Virus record (IMG/VR): IMGVR_UViG_3300017605_000880
Coordinates: 8,978 to 72,977 of that record
Length of the DNA stretch: 64,000 nt
Reading direction: 5' to 3' (one strand)
From: a virus
Within the stretch, counting starts at the first letter, position 1, and the number at the start of each line of letters is the position of its first letter. The position numbers and the translations under genes were made by a program. The notes under the pieces are model-generated. The model saw nothing but the letters and a program-made list of their open reading frames with translations, made no database searches and was not told the origin of the DNA. Shown piece by piece: positions 44,861 to 54,926 of this stretch.

Positions 44861-47082
44861 CCGGTGAGATGTACTTCGGGGCCCCCGGGTCGCTGTTCGA
44901 GATCCCCCACCCCCGGGGCGGGGTCCAGACCAGCCGGATCCGGCCGAACTCGACGTTCCAGACCGCGTCGGGTGGGGCCCGGTTCGGTAAGACCGTCAAT
45001 GGTAAACGGAAGTTTACCCTGAACTACGAGCGGCTGTTCCTGGACACCTACGCCGACCTGCTGCAATACGAACAGGGCCACATGGGGCCGGGGCCGTTCG
45101 TCCTGCACGACCCGTCCGCGACCAACTGGTTGACCCCGAACCAGGCCGCCGCGACCTCGCTGCGCAACGACCCGCTCGGGTTCACCATTGACGACTGCTC
45201 CTACACGGTCTACGACAACTACACCCGGTCGGCGGCGTCCGGGTGGGGCACCTCCACCTCCGGGCATGCCTGGAGCACGGTGTTGACTGCCGGGGCGATC
45301 TCGGCAGCGGTGTCGGTCAACGGCACCCAAGGGCAGGTCGCGCACAACGTGGTCGCAGCCGACTACACGTTGCTGCAACCCGGCACCTACATGGACACCT
45401 ACCAGGAGATCGACGTCCAGGTCCCACTGTACGTCACCCAGACCAGCCCGCTGCAGTGGTTCGACGGTGCGCCGACCACCGGCGAGTGCGACACCCTGCT
45501 GTTGGCGCGGTACGTCGACGCGAACAACACCTACCGGGTGTTCTGTTCGTTCCAGTCGAACGGGTTCGTCTCGATCTACCTGGATGAGCTGCTGGCCAGC
45601 GCCAGCACCACCCTGGACAGCGAACTGGACGCGATTGCGTACGAGCCGGGCCGGCCGTTGCGGGTCGCGTTCGAGGTTACCGGCGACACTGCGCGGGCGA
45701 AGGTGTGGGACCCGTCGGCCGGGTCGCCGCCCGAAGCTTGGACGGTCACCTCGAGCCTGGCGACCAGGATCTTCAGCGGCCAGTGCGGGGTCCGGACCCG
45801 GACCAATGCTGGTAACACCAACACGTTCCCGTTCACGGTCTCGTTCGACAACTACGTGTTGAAGCGGTGCGACGCGGCGTTGCTCGCCTACGACAACTAC
45901 ACCCGGACTATCTCCGGGTCGTGGGGGACCGCCGACGACACCGTCCATTCATGGGGGACGTTGGTCGGTGCGCCGAACGCGTTCAACGTCAACGGCACCA
46001 CCGGGCGGATCACATTGATCGGCGCCGCGAACACCACCTACTCGGCTGTGTTCGGGACGTTCTCCGAGTTCAACATGCGGCTGCAGCTGACCAACACCTG
46101 CTCGGCCACTCCGACCGGCGCCAGCATCACCACCAACATCGACTTCCCCTACGTCGACACCAACAACTACTACCGGCTGCAGATCGTCCGGACCACCACC
46201 AACACGGTCACCGCCGAACTGATCAAAGTGATCAGCGGGGTCACCACCAGCCTCGACGGGCCGGACACTATCTCCGGGGTGAACGCCACCTCCAACCTGT
46301 CGATCGAGATGACCCGGGACGCGGATCAGATCGGCGGGCATGGGCAGGTTTTCTGCCGGATCTGGCTCGCCACCGGGACCAAACCGACCGGGATCACCCT
46401 GACCACCACCGACACGACATTGGCCGGGAAGGGCAGCCTGCGGCTCGGGGCGATCCGCAACACCTCCAACACCAACACCAACCCGGTGGTCAGCTTCGAC
46501 AGTGTCACCGTCGACTACCTGGCCACACCGTCGGTGTTGACCTCCACCCCGACCCCGGTCGCCCGGGGGCCCCGGGCGTTGGAGTGGACCCACAACGGGC
46601 TGACCGGGCTGCAGGTCCCCTGGCTCACGATCGACCCGCCGGTCCGGGAATGGCCCGGGATCCCGGTCATCTCCAACCAGGCGATCATCCTGTCGATGCA
46701 GGCCCGGGGCGGCGGGACCGACGCGATCGTCACCCTGACCCCGAAGCTGATCTGGCTGAACTACAACTGGTGCCCGATCTCGATCACCTCCGGCACCCCG
46801 GTCGTGACCTCGACCAGCTACGCCTCCATGACCGTATCCGGGACCCCGCCGTCGGGGGCCGCGTACGTGTCGTGCGTAGTCGAGGCCACCTCCGGGTTGA
46901 CGGCCGGGTCGATCATCTACCTGGACCAGTTCCAGTTGGAACGCGGCTCGAGCGTCACCGAATGGCGACCCGGGACCGGTATCTTCCCAGTGGCGTTGGT
47001 ATCGTTGAACGAACAATGGCCGTGGCAGGCGTGGGACTACCGCGAATCGGCGACGTTGGTGTTGCAGGAGACGGGGCCGTAA
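44857..47082 (+). CDS. distal tail protein with inserted carbohydrate-binding-like domains
   Basis: Follows TMP; duplicated YDNYTR...WGT...W domain. Confidence 0.7.
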   Translation: MTGEMYFGAPGSLFEIPHPRGGVQTSRIRPNSTFQTASGGARFGKTVNGKRKFTLNYERLFLDTYADLLQYEQGHMGPGPFVLHDPSATNWLTPNQAAATSLRNDPLGFTIDDCSYTVYDNYTRSAASGWGTSTSGHAWSTVLTAGAISAAVSVNGTQGQVAHNVVAADYTLLQPGTYMDTYQEIDVQVPLYVTQTSPLQWFDGAPTTGECDTLLLARYVDANNTYRVFCSFQSNGFVSIYLDELLASASTTLDSELDAIAYEPGRPLRVAFEVTGDTARAKVWDPSAGSPPEAWTVTSSLATRIFSGQCGVRTRTNAGNTNTFPFTVSFDNYVLKRCDAALLAYDNYTRTISGSWGTADDTVHSWGTLVGAPNAFNVNGTTGRITLIGAANTTYSAVFGTFSEFNMRLQLTNTCSATPTGASITTNIDFPYVDTNNYYRLQIVRTTTNTVTAELIKVISGVTTSLDGPDTISGVNATSNLSIEMTRDADQIGGHGQVFCRIWLATGTKPTGITLTTTDTTLAGKGSLRLGAIRNTSNTNTNPVVSFDSVTVDYLATPSVLTSTPTPVARGPRALEWTHNGLTGLQVPWLTIDPPVREWPGIPVISNQAIILSMQARGGGTDAIVTLTPKLIWLNYNWCPISITSGTPVVTSTSYASMTVSGTPPSGAAYVSCVVEATSGLTAGSIIYLDQFQLERGSSVTEWRPGTGIFPVALVSLNEQWPWQAWDYRESATLVLQETGP

Positions 47083-49580
47083 TGCAGACCAGTCTGATCA
47101 GCCTCGGGCAGGCGTTGCGAGCCGGCGCAGTCACCTGGGATCCGCTGTTGTTCGCCGACTGGGCCGACGACGGGAACGGCGAACGCGGGTCGATCGACGA
47201 CCTGTCCGGACAGGCCGGCTCCATCCAGGTGTCGCATTCGATGGATGACGGGATGCCGGATGAGGTGTCGTTCTTGTCCGGCGGGGTCCCGACGTTGCGG
47301 ACCAACCTGTCTGGCCGGGAGCCGTTGGACGGCACCGAGTATTTCTCGCCGTTCCGGACCGACTCGCCGATCTACGGGTACGATCGTGACGTCGCCGACG
47401 TAAGGCTGGACATCGCCGCTGTCACGGCGGAAGGCATGGAGAACATCCGGGTGTTCACCGGGATCATGCGCGACACCCCGGTGCAGGGCGGGCGGGCCAC
47501 GTTGCAGGCCGCGTCGGAGGCCCGGCTGTTGATGAGCAAGGTGGTCCAACCGCAGGCGAAGGCCCGCTCGAGTGGCGCCGACTCCGGGATCGTCTACGGC
47601 CTGACCGCGACCCACCCGATCACCTGGGCGTTGCACAAGGCAGACATGGACGCGTCGCCCCCCCACCCCGACGAGGGGGTGATCTTGTGGATGCCGCTGC
47701 ACGGTAGCGGCCACGCCTACCACCCCGACGTCAACCTAGATATGCAGCAGAACGGCGACGGGATGCTGCACGCCTACACCGTCGATGCGTCCGGTGCGTC
47801 GGACCTGAACGCCGAGCCGATCTGGATCCGGGGGCCGTACGTCGGGGCGTCGTTCGCTGAGGTCCAAACCGATGGGGTGCGGGCGTTCTGGGGTGGGACG
47901 TTCAACACCAACACCGCCAACTCCCCCAGGGTGTGCGGGATCGCCGACGACGGCCAGGCGAAGATGATGTCCCAGGGGGCATACGACGCCGCTGCCGTGA
48001 CCCGGCTCGAGTTCTGGGTCCGGGGCGACACCGCCGCGAACGTCAACACCACCCCGTCCGGGTCGGCGATCTTCGCCGACACCCACAGCATCTATACCGG
48101 CAAATCAGCCGCATATGTCAGCCTCAGCATGCGGTACGACTCGTTCCTGTCCGGGTTCGCGATGGGGATCGACTCGAGCCGGAACCTTTACATCTCGACC
48201 TGGGACAACACCGCCCAGAATCACAAACGGACCGGTCCGGCGCTGCCGTCGGATGGGGCGTGGCATTTCGTCGGGTTGGCGTTCGACCCAGCCGGTGCGA
48301 AGGTCTGGTTCAACCTGGACGGTGTGATCACCACCAACACCATCTCCCCGGCGATCGTCCGGGCCAACCTCCCGCCGCTGGACTACACCACCAGCAACAT
48401 CTTGACGATCAACACGTTCCTGCCGGTCGCGGAGTTCCTACTCACCGGCTACCCGGTCGATTCCGACTTCCCCACCATCGCGAACCCGGACACCGGCAAC
48501 CCCTGGCTGAACAACCAGGGTTGGGAGCAACGCTCGCACGTCTACCCGTCGTGCCTACAGCTGGAGACCCTGTCCGACCCGACCCCGAGCGAGGTGTGGC
48601 AGCTGATCGCCTCCTACGCCAGGGCCGAATACGCGGCGATGACCCTCAGCGAACACGACCACTTCTACTACTGGCCACGCGGGTATTTCGCCACCGTCGC
48701 CGGGCAGACGGTCGCGCAGGAGCTGACCTCGGACTACGACACCGCCATCCCGCAGGTCGATCTGGACCACACCCGGATCCGTACCGCGTGTCGGGTGTCG
48801 TACCAGCAGACCCGGGTGGCGCAGATCGTCAACACCGAGGTGGTCGAAGTTCGGGAGTTCGTCGTATTCCCACCCGGTACGACTGAGTTCCAGGTCGCGT
48901 TCGACCACGCCGCCGTCGGGGTGGTAGGCGGGACGATGGAGCTGTTAACCGCGACCCAGGTCGCCGGGGGTGGTTTGAACCCCCAACGCAGCTACCTGTC
49001 GCTGGCGTTGGACGCCGACGCGATCACCGGCTACGCGACATCAGCTGAGGCCCAGGTCACCATCACCGACTGGTGGGGCGGTGGGGCGACGATCCAAATC
49101 GTGAACAGCTACGGCGGGCCGCTGTACCTGTTCAACGATGGCGACACCTACCCACACCTGGGGGTGTACGGCCGGATTGTGTCCTCGAGCCGGCTGGCGG
49201 TGGTCGAATCCTACGACGCGGGGGTCACCGTCCGGGGAGAACGCGGTTTGACGTTGACGTTGGATCGGGTCCAGCGGGAAGAAGACGCCCGCCGGATGGC
49301 CCGGCGGATCGTAGTCCCGCAGTCGTTCCCGATCCCGGTCATCCGTTCGGTGCAGATGTTCGGCGACCCGCGCCGGCAGGTCGGGGATCTGATCCAGTAC
49401 AGCGATGAGTTCAAGACCGGCGCGGCTGGGAAATGGCGGATCCACGCGGTGGGTCACACCGTCGACGGGGCCAGTTACACTCAGGAGGTCGCCGCCCAAC
49501 GGGCGGAGTTGGTCGGGACGTGGGGCGACGGGGTGTCGACCTGGGGCAGCGGCGTCTGGGCCGGGCTGGAGGAGGCGTAA
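47082..49580 (+). CDS. minor tail/baseplate hub protein with LamG-like domain
   Basis: DGAWHFVGL LamG motif; GDPRRQVGD. Confidence 0.7.
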   Translation: MQTSLISLGQALRAGAVTWDPLLFADWADDGNGERGSIDDLSGQAGSIQVSHSMDDGMPDEVSFLSGGVPTLRTNLSGREPLDGTEYFSPFRTDSPIYGYDRDVADVRLDIAAVTAEGMENIRVFTGIMRDTPVQGGRATLQAASEARLLMSKVVQPQAKARSSGADSGIVYGLTATHPITWALHKADMDASPPHPDEGVILWMPLHGSGHAYHPDVNLDMQQNGDGMLHAYTVDASGASDLNAEPIWIRGPYVGASFAEVQTDGVRAFWGGTFNTNTANSPRVCGIADDGQAKMMSQGAYDAAAVTRLEFWVRGDTAANVNTTPSGSAIFADTHSIYTGKSAAYVSLSMRYDSFLSGFAMGIDSSRNLYISTWDNTAQNHKRTGPALPSDGAWHFVGLAFDPAGAKVWFNLDGVITTNTISPAIVRANLPPLDYTTSNILTINTFLPVAEFLLTGYPVDSDFPTIANPDTGNPWLNNQGWEQRSHVYPSCLQLETLSDPTPSEVWQLIASYARAEYAAMTLSEHDHFYYWPRGYFATVAGQTVAQELTSDYDTAIPQVDLDHTRIRTACRVSYQQTRVAQIVNTEVVEVREFVVFPPGTTEFQVAFDHAAVGVVGGTMELLTATQVAGGGLNPQRSYLSLALDADAITGYATSAEAQVTITDWWGGGATIQIVNSYGGPLYLFNDGDTYPHLGVYGRIVSSSRLAVVESYDAGVTVRGERGLTLTLDRVQREEDARRMARRIVVPQSFPIPVIRSVQMFGDPRRQVGDLIQYSDEFKTGAAGKWRIHAVGHTVDGASYTQEVAAQRAELVGTWGDGVSTWGSGVWAGLEEA

Positions 49581-50060
49581 ATGACGATCGTTGCCCCAGT
49601 CGACGGCGACCCGATCGACCCGCAGTGGGCGCAGGACATCACCACGCTGATCAACTCGTTGGATTCAGCCAGCCAAGCCGAATCGGGTGTCTGGACCGCT
49701 TACACCCCGACCTGGACCAACGGCGGCAGTATCGGCAACGGCACCCTGACCGGGCGGTACAAGCAGGTCGGCAAGACCGTCCGGTTGAAGATCTACCTGT
49801 TGGCCGGGTCGACCACCACGTTCGGGGCGGGGGTGTGGTCCTGGAGCCTGCCGGTCACCGCGTTGGTCACCGCACGCGACTGCGGCTCGGTGTACATGTT
49901 GGATGCGGGGACGGCGAACCGCAGCGGGTCGTGCCTGTTGAACACCACCACTTCGCTGTTCGCGATCTCGTCGGCCGACGGCGATGTCAGCCCGACCGTC
50001 CCCCAAACTTGGGCGGTCAACGATGCATTCGTCGCCAGCATCACCTACGAGGCAGCATAG
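49581..50060 (+). CDS. minor tail protein
   Basis: WTAYTPTW...GNGTLTGRYKQVGKTV...TYEAA. Confidence 0.7.
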   Translation: MTIVAPVDGDPIDPQWAQDITTLINSLDSASQAESGVWTAYTPTWTNGGSIGNGTLTGRYKQVGKTVRLKIYLLAGSTTTFGAGVWSWSLPVTALVTARDCGSVYMLDAGTANRSGSCLLNTTTSLFAISSADGDVSPTVPQTWAVNDAFVASITYEAA

Positions 50061-50073
50061 AGGGGAGTCGGGG

Positions 50074-50373
50074 ATGGTCGAGTTTGTCGCCCTGCCAACC
50101 GGGGGGCAGTACATGGCGGACGGGCATGGGCAGGCCGAGAAGGACCTGCGGGACGGGTTGGCTGCTACGCTGGGGGATGTGCAGCAGGCTGGAGCGGCGA
50201 TCTTGGCGGAGGCGTGGTACGCCGACGGGCATGGATTCGGCCACGACTGCGCACTGCACCAGGATGTGGACCAGTCGATGTGGGCGCCGGGTTGCCACGA
50301 CGGGGGGTTCCGGCCGGTGACGGTCGCCACCGTACGGTCGAGCCCGGGGGGAGTGAGGCGGGCAAATGGTTGA
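50074..50373 (+). CDS. hypothetical protein
   Basis: GAGGGGAG RBS. Confidence 0.5.
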   Translation: MVEFVALPTGGQYMADGHGQAEKDLRDGLAATLGDVQQAGAAILAEAWYADGHGFGHDCALHQDVDQSMWAPGCHDGGFRPVTVATVRSSPGGVRRANG

Positions 50374-50599
50374 CCTGCGAGAGCCGACCCAGCTGCGGGT
50401 GGAGATGCTCGACAAGGACGACAGGCTGGTGTCGGAGGTGATCCTCGGCGACGACGAACCGGTGGTCTCGCCAGAACAGGCCGCCTCGATGGCGTTGCAC
50501 GCCGACACGGTGACCCGGGCGAAGGTGTACGACATGGCCGGGGTGCTGCTGCTGGACCGTAGAAAGGACCCGGACGGCAATGGGTATCTGGACGCCTGA
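50366..50599 (+). CDS. hypothetical protein
   Basis: Coupled ORF before lysin. Confidence 0.5.
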   Translation: MVDLREPTQLRVEMLDKDDRLVSEVILGDDEPVVSPEQAASMALHADTVTRAKVYDMAGVLLLDRRKDPDGNGYLDA

Positions 50600-51434
50600 A
50601 GCCACATACGTCGGCCCGACCCCGAACAAGGGCGGGTCGATGCTGGAACAACGCGGGTTAGTGCTGCACGTGATGCAGGGCACCCTGGCCGGTTCGGTCA
50701 GCTGGGGCAAGAACCCAGCCTCGAGCATGTCGTTCCATTTCGGGACCCGCAAATCCGACGGGTTGGTGCAGCAGCTGGTCGACACCAGCATCGCCGCGTG
50801 GACCCAATGCAACGGCAACGGCCGTTGGATCTCGGTCGAGAACGAGGACTACTCGGGGAATCCACTGTCGGACGCCCAGATCGAATCGATCGCCAGGCTG
50901 TACGCCCGGGGCCACCGCGAATACAGCTGGCCGTTCCAGATCGCCGACAGCCCAAACGGCCGGGGTTTGGGCTGGCACGGGATGGGCGGGGTCGATTGGT
51001 GCAACCACCCGACTTGCCCCGGCGAGCCAATCAAGCAGCAACGTCCGGCGATCCTCGCGCGGGCCGAGCAGATCGTGAACGGTGGATCCACACCGGTACA
51101 GCAACTAGAAGGAGCAGACATGTTGATCGCGAAGTCGGGCGCTGGCCCGAACGGCGAGGACACCGACCACAGCCGCTGGTGGTGCGGTACGGGCGTCCAC
51201 TTCGTCGAGATCACCAAGGCGGAAGCCGACACCAGGATCCACGCGCTGCGCAACTTCTACGGCGCCCCGAACGCCACCATCCTGACCTGGGGCGACTCCT
51301 CGCCGGAGGCCGTCCAGCGCAACATCGGCCCGGTTGCGGCCGGGACAGCCCCGGGCGGCGGGCCTGTGCCGTTGACCTACGACCAGACGGTCCAGGCGGC
51401 TCGCGACGGCGCCAACCTAGCCGAAGACAGTTAG
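50580..51434 (+). CDS. endolysin, N-acetylmuramoyl-L-alanine amidase (Amidase_2)
   Basis: VLHVMQG, SFHFG, AWT, SVENE, WH...TCPG. Confidence 0.85.
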   Translation: MGIWTPEATYVGPTPNKGGSMLEQRGLVLHVMQGTLAGSVSWGKNPASSMSFHFGTRKSDGLVQQLVDTSIAAWTQCNGNGRWISVENEDYSGNPLSDAQIESIARLYARGHREYSWPFQIADSPNGRGLGWHGMGGVDWCNHPTCPGEPIKQQRPAILARAEQIVNGGSTPVQQLEGADMLIAKSGAGPNGEDTDHSRWWCGTGVHFVEITKAEADTRIHALRNFYGAPNATILTWGDSSPEAVQRNIGPVAAGTAPGGGPVPLTYDQTVQAARDGANLAEDS

Positions 51435-51503
51435 CCGTGGGCTCCCCCCTGGGAACGCCCCACCCGGCAGAGAGGGAGCACCCGTGGTTGACTGGAACCG
51501 GAG

Positions 51504-51758
51504 TTGCTGAACACCCTGGTCACCGGCGGGGTGATCGCCTCCCTGGTGGGGGCGATGATCACCCTGGTCCGGATGGCGGTCTCAGCGGAGCGGCGCCGCG
51601 CCGACGATTGGCGTACCGCCGCGACGACCTCGGCCGAGGCGAACAAGGTCCTGTCGGGCAACCTCGAGAAGCTGATCAACACGGTGGACCAGATGGCCAA
51701 CGCGCAGCACGAGATGATGCAACTGCTGCGGAAGGTGGCAGACGGGGGCCCGTCGTGA
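51504..51758 (+). CDS. membrane protein (lysis module)
   Basis: N-terminal TM helix plus coiled coil. Confidence 0.55.
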   Translation: MLNTLVTGGVIASLVGAMITLVRMAVSAERRRADDWRTAATTSAEANKVLSGNLEKLINTVDQMANAQHEMMQLLRKVADGGPS

Positions 51759-51973
51759 TCAGGTGGCCCTGGCGCGGGCGGGTGGGGAAACACCGCAACG
51801 GCAGTGCTGCCAAGCAGGCGGTCCAACAGGCTCAGGATTCGCTGGCCAGCGCGACCCGCCAGACCGGACACGCCGACCAGGTGGCGGAACGCGGCCGGGC
51901 TATGGCCGACCGGGCTAGCTGGTTTACTCAAGACATGGAACGGGCGTTGCACCTGAGACGGGGGTCAGCGTGA
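51755..51973 (+). CDS. small protein (lysis module)
   Basis: MIRWPWR...FTQDMERAL; GTGA coupling. Confidence 0.55.
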   Translation: MIRWPWRGRVGKHRNGSAAKQAVQQAQDSLASATRQTGHADQVAERGRAMADRASWFTQDMERALHLRRGSA

Positions 51974-52257
51974 GGGGGGTCCTTACTGCCCTGGTCGTCC
52001 TGTCCATCGCCGTCACGACGTGGTTCGTGCTCCGGTTGGGCAACCCGCAGCGCAGCGCCGACCCGTCGGCGGCGTGGCTGTGGGCTCTGCTCGGCTGGGT
52101 CACGATCGCACTCGATGTCCTGCTGCTGCTGATCCTGCTGCACATCCGGTACCCCGCGTGGGTGGCGGCGGCGGTTCTGACAGCGCAGGACATCATCTAC
52201 GTGTGGCGGTCGGTCCGGTTGGAGAAAGCCCGCAGGGCGGACAGGGAGAACAGCTGA
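51970..52257 (+). CDS. 3-TM membrane protein, putative holin
   Basis: Three hydrophobic segments. Confidence 0.6.
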   Translation: MRGVLTALVVLSIAVTTWFVLRLGNPQRSADPSAAWLWALLGWVTIALDVLLLLILLHIRYPAWVAAAVLTAQDIIYVWRSVRLEKARRADRENS

Positions 52258-52610
52258 TGGATGTCAAGGCGTGGGTTTATGCCGGGTTGCGGACCTTCGC
52301 GCAGGCGTTGTGGGCGTTGCTGGTGACGTTCCTGGCGAAGAAAGGGATCACCCTGCCGGACGCCCTGCAGGGCTGGTTCGTCGACGTGGTGATCCTGTCG
52401 ACGGTGATCGGGGCGGCGACGTCGGGGATCCGGTGGATGGAGACCCGCAAGGGCGACCAGTGGCATGCGAGGCTGCTCCGTGGGATCGCCCACATCCTGA
52501 TGCTCGGCTTGTCGGCGAAACAGCCGACCTATTCGACGTCGGATTCGCGGGCGGCGGCGGTGGAGGTCACCCACGCGAACGGTCAGGTTGTGTCGAGCTT
52601 GCGCGAGTGA
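52257..52610 (+). CDS. putative holin
   Basis: LRTFAQALW...; TM segments; KQPTY. Confidence 0.6.
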   Translation: MDVKAWVYAGLRTFAQALWALLVTFLAKKGITLPDALQGWFVDVVILSTVIGAATSGIRWMETRKGDQWHARLLRGIAHILMLGLSAKQPTYSTSDSRAAAVEVTHANGQVVSSLRE

Positions 52611-52637
52611 TAGCGTAGCTGGAGGCCAGACAAGCAG

Positions 52638-52734
52638 CAGCCCCCCCGACCGACGTCCGGGGGGGCTGATGCTATTCTGGGGGGGTTCCCTCGGTCTGCA
52701 TCGGTGGCAGCCCCCCGCGACCCGGGGGGCTGTC
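52638..52734. terminator. two GC hairpins at convergence of late and leftward operons
   Basis: cagccccccc...gggggggctg; ggcagcccccc...ggggggctgtc. Confidence 0.65.
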
Positions 52735-52859
52735 ATTTAACAACGGGCAGCGGATGGTGATCACCCATTTGCCGAACCGGTACCGGGCCCACATCTGCAG
52801 ACCCGCGACCGCAGCCGGGTCGTCGTACTCCCACTGGAATCCGCCGCCGTAGGGTCGGG

Positions 52860-53204
52860 TCAGTCGTTGCGGATCCACAGCCGGCCGTCGTCCCCCCGGA
52901 TGTGCCCGGTCTCGATGTGCCCAGCACCGAGCAACGTCCCATACATGGACACCATCGCCTGGTGGGCGTTGCGGATCGCAACCAACCGCTGGTACGGGTA
53001 GAAGTCCCGCAGCAGGGTCTTGCCCATGTACTTGTCGTCGATCTGCGACCCGTCGGCCAACGCCATCCGGCCTTGCTGTTGGGCTGCGCCTTTCTCCGCA
53101 GCCTCAGCTTCGTACGCCTCGATCTTGGCCTGGGTCCGTTCGGCCTGGTCGGCGTGCCAGATCATCTTCGCGTGGTTGCTGCTACGGCCGGATATCTTCG
53201 CCAC
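52860..53204 (-). CDS. hypothetical protein
   Basis: GGGAGG RBS upstream of GTG. Confidence 0.55.
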   Translation of the reverse strand: MAKISGRSSNHAKMIWHADQAERTQAKIEAYEAEAAEKGAAQQQGRMALADGSQIDDKYMGKTLLRDFYPYQRLVAIRNAHQAMVSMYGTLLGAGHIETGHIRGDDGRLWIRND

Positions 53205-53541
53205 GGTGGGCCTCCCGGTCGTGTTCGACCAGCAGCTGGCACCAGCCGGGCAGGTCGGGCATGAACATCTTACGGTAGACGTCGCTGCACCGGGCCTGCC
53301 CGTCGCGGCCGTCTTTCAACACCGACACCCCGGCCAGGATGACGTAATCGACCTCCCCGTCGGTGCTGTGGATGGTGACCTCGGTGGGGCGGATCCTGTG
53401 GCTGTGGTGCCGGCGCGGGATCGGCGCCGCACCGATGACCTTGTATTCGGTGGTCCGCTCCCGGGAGGTGAATGTCGTCTCGGCGGTGATCTCCGGGACC
53501 AGGTCGCCGGTTTGGCGCAGAGTGAACGGTTCGCCGGTCAT
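53182..53541 (-). CDS. hypothetical protein
   Basis: Coupled leftward operon. Confidence 0.55.
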   Translation of the reverse strand: MTGEPFTLRQTGDLVPEITAETTFTSRERTTEYKVIGAAPIPRRHHSHRIRPTEVTIHSTDGEVDYVILAGVSVLKDGRDGQARCSDVYRKMFMPDLPGWCQLLVEHDREAHRGEDIRP

Positions 53542-54002
53542 GCCGCTGCCTCCTCGGCCTTCGCCGGGGTGGCCTTGCGGGGCCGCCCGCCGCGACGCTT
53601 CGGCGCCTCCAGCTCCGGCTTGGGCTCGGCGACGATCGGCAGCGGGTAGGCCAGCTGGACCCGGGCGATCTGCGCGGTGGACAACGCCCAGACGGTGTCG
53701 TTGTCGGTCCGCAGGATCAACAGGTCGGAGTTGGATCCGGTGGTGGTGGCGGCGACGGCGACAAGCTCGCCGACGTACTGCTGGTCGCCCATGGCGGCGA
53801 CCCGGCCGAACCAGCGCTCGAGCACGACCCGGTGTCCGACGAACGGGCGCATGATCTCCTTACGGGCTGGGCGCTTCAAACGCCACAGGGGGGTCTCGAT
53901 CGGGTCGAGTTCGCCCCGGACGGGCTTGGTGCCGACGGTCTGGTCGAATAGGGAGATCGGCTCCGCCGGGGCAGCAGGGGCGGTGGTCGTGGGGTCGGAC
54001 AT
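53538..54002 (-). CDS. hypothetical protein with AT-hook-like tail
   Basis: KRRGGRPRK. Confidence 0.6.
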   Translation of the reverse strand: MSDPTTTAPAAPAEPISLFDQTVGTKPVRGELDPIETPLWRLKRPARKEIMRPFVGHRVVLERWFGRVAAMGDQQYVGELVAVAATTTGSNSDLLILRTDNDTVWALSTAQIARVQLAYPLPIVAEPKPELEAPKRRGGRPRKATPAKAEEAAA

Positions 54003-54004
54003 GG

Positions 54005-54181
54005 TCAGTTCTCCTTCTGGTTGAGGTACTGCAGGTAGGCGGATTGGCGGATTCGGAACTGGCGCCCCACCCTAACGCTGGTGATGGCGCCGGTGCTGAG
54101 CAGCCGGAAGACGGTCATCTTCGACACCCGCAGGTCGCGGGCGATCTCGGCGGGGGTCAGGAACGGGTCGTCGTCGTTCAT
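54005..54181 (-). CDS. excisionase/MerR-like HTH (HTH_17) protein
   Basis: FLTPAEIARDLRVSKMTVFRLLSTGAITSVRVGRQFRI. Confidence 0.85.
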   Translation of the reverse strand: MNDDDPFLTPAEIARDLRVSKMTVFRLLSTGAITSVRVGRQFRIRQSAYLQYLNQKEN

Positions 54182-54450
54182 AGCAGTTCCAACCCGGGGA
54201 AGTAGTAGATGTGCTCGTCCAGGACGCGGGGGCCGGTCCGGACGATCGCGGCGAGCAGGTGTGCGTCGCCGACCCCGATGTGGTGTACGGCGGCGAGGAT
54301 CAGCAGCGCGAGTTTCTGTGCCGACCCGACCAGGGCGGGGTGTCCGTTGTGGGCGTGGGTGGTGCGGATCCCGGCGTCGCGGTTCATCGCGAGCCACCGG
54401 TCGGTGTTGACGATCAGGGTGACCTTCTGCTCGTCGGCGGGGGCGGTCAT
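54178..54450 (-). CDS. hypothetical protein
   Basis: Ends IYYFPGLELL; ATGA coupling. Confidence 0.5.
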   Translation of the reverse strand: MTAPADEQKVTLIVNTDRWLAMNRDAGIRTTHAHNGHPALVGSAQKLALLILAAVHHIGVGDAHLLAAIVRTGPRVLDEHIYYFPGLELL

Positions 54451-54662
54451 GGCAGGGCTCCGATGCTGGTCACTTTCAGGACGACCGAGGGCCGTTCGGT
54501 CTGCGGGAACCACATCCGGCCGACCACGTCCCACACCCAACCGTCGATGACCATCAGATCGCCGACGGCGGGGACGTGCTCGAAGCCGAGCCGTGCAACG
54601 TCCCGATGCGGCGGGTTGCCGTCGACCAGCCGCAGCCATATCGCGCCCTGGCTATCGGACAT
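54447..54662 (-). CDS. hypothetical protein
   Basis: HVPAVGD...WDVVGRMW. Confidence 0.55.
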   Translation of the reverse strand: MSDSQGAIWLRLVDGNPPHRDVARLGFEHVPAVGDLMVIDGWVWDVVGRMWFPQTERPSVVLKVTSIGALP

Positions 54663-54849
54663 CGGGACCCCCCCAGGGCTTCGGACCGTTGTCGAATGCC
54701 GTCTGCAGTCGGGCCATCCGGGCGTCCCACTCCGGGGTGTGGACCAGCCCCCGGGCCTTCTCGGAGTTGTAGTGCGCCAGCTGGGAGATCCAGTCGGCGT
54801 TCGCTCGAGCCCACCGGCGGTACTCGGGGTCGGTCCTGCGTCTGAACAT
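54652..54849 (-). CDS. hypothetical protein
   Basis: LAHYNSEKARGLVHTPEW; GAGAGGG RBS. Confidence 0.6.
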   Translation of the reverse strand: MFRRRTDPEYRRWARANADWISQLAHYNSEKARGLVHTPEWDARMARLQTAFDNGPKPWGGPDVR

Positions 54850-54926
54850 CTCGTGCCCTCTCTGTCGGGTTTCACGTGGATCCGGGAATACAGCGAGGGG
54901 GCCGCCGTAGCGACCCCCTCGATGTG

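Noticed and set aside
45867-47081. N-terminal 405 aa of the 1237-aa ORF
   Set aside because: Overlaps the distal tail gene in another frame; the real start is ATG 47082
54005-54181. Xis-like gene as proof of a prophage/temperate lifestyle
   Set aside because: No integrase, att site or host flanking genes in the window; HTH_17 proteins also occur in lytic phages
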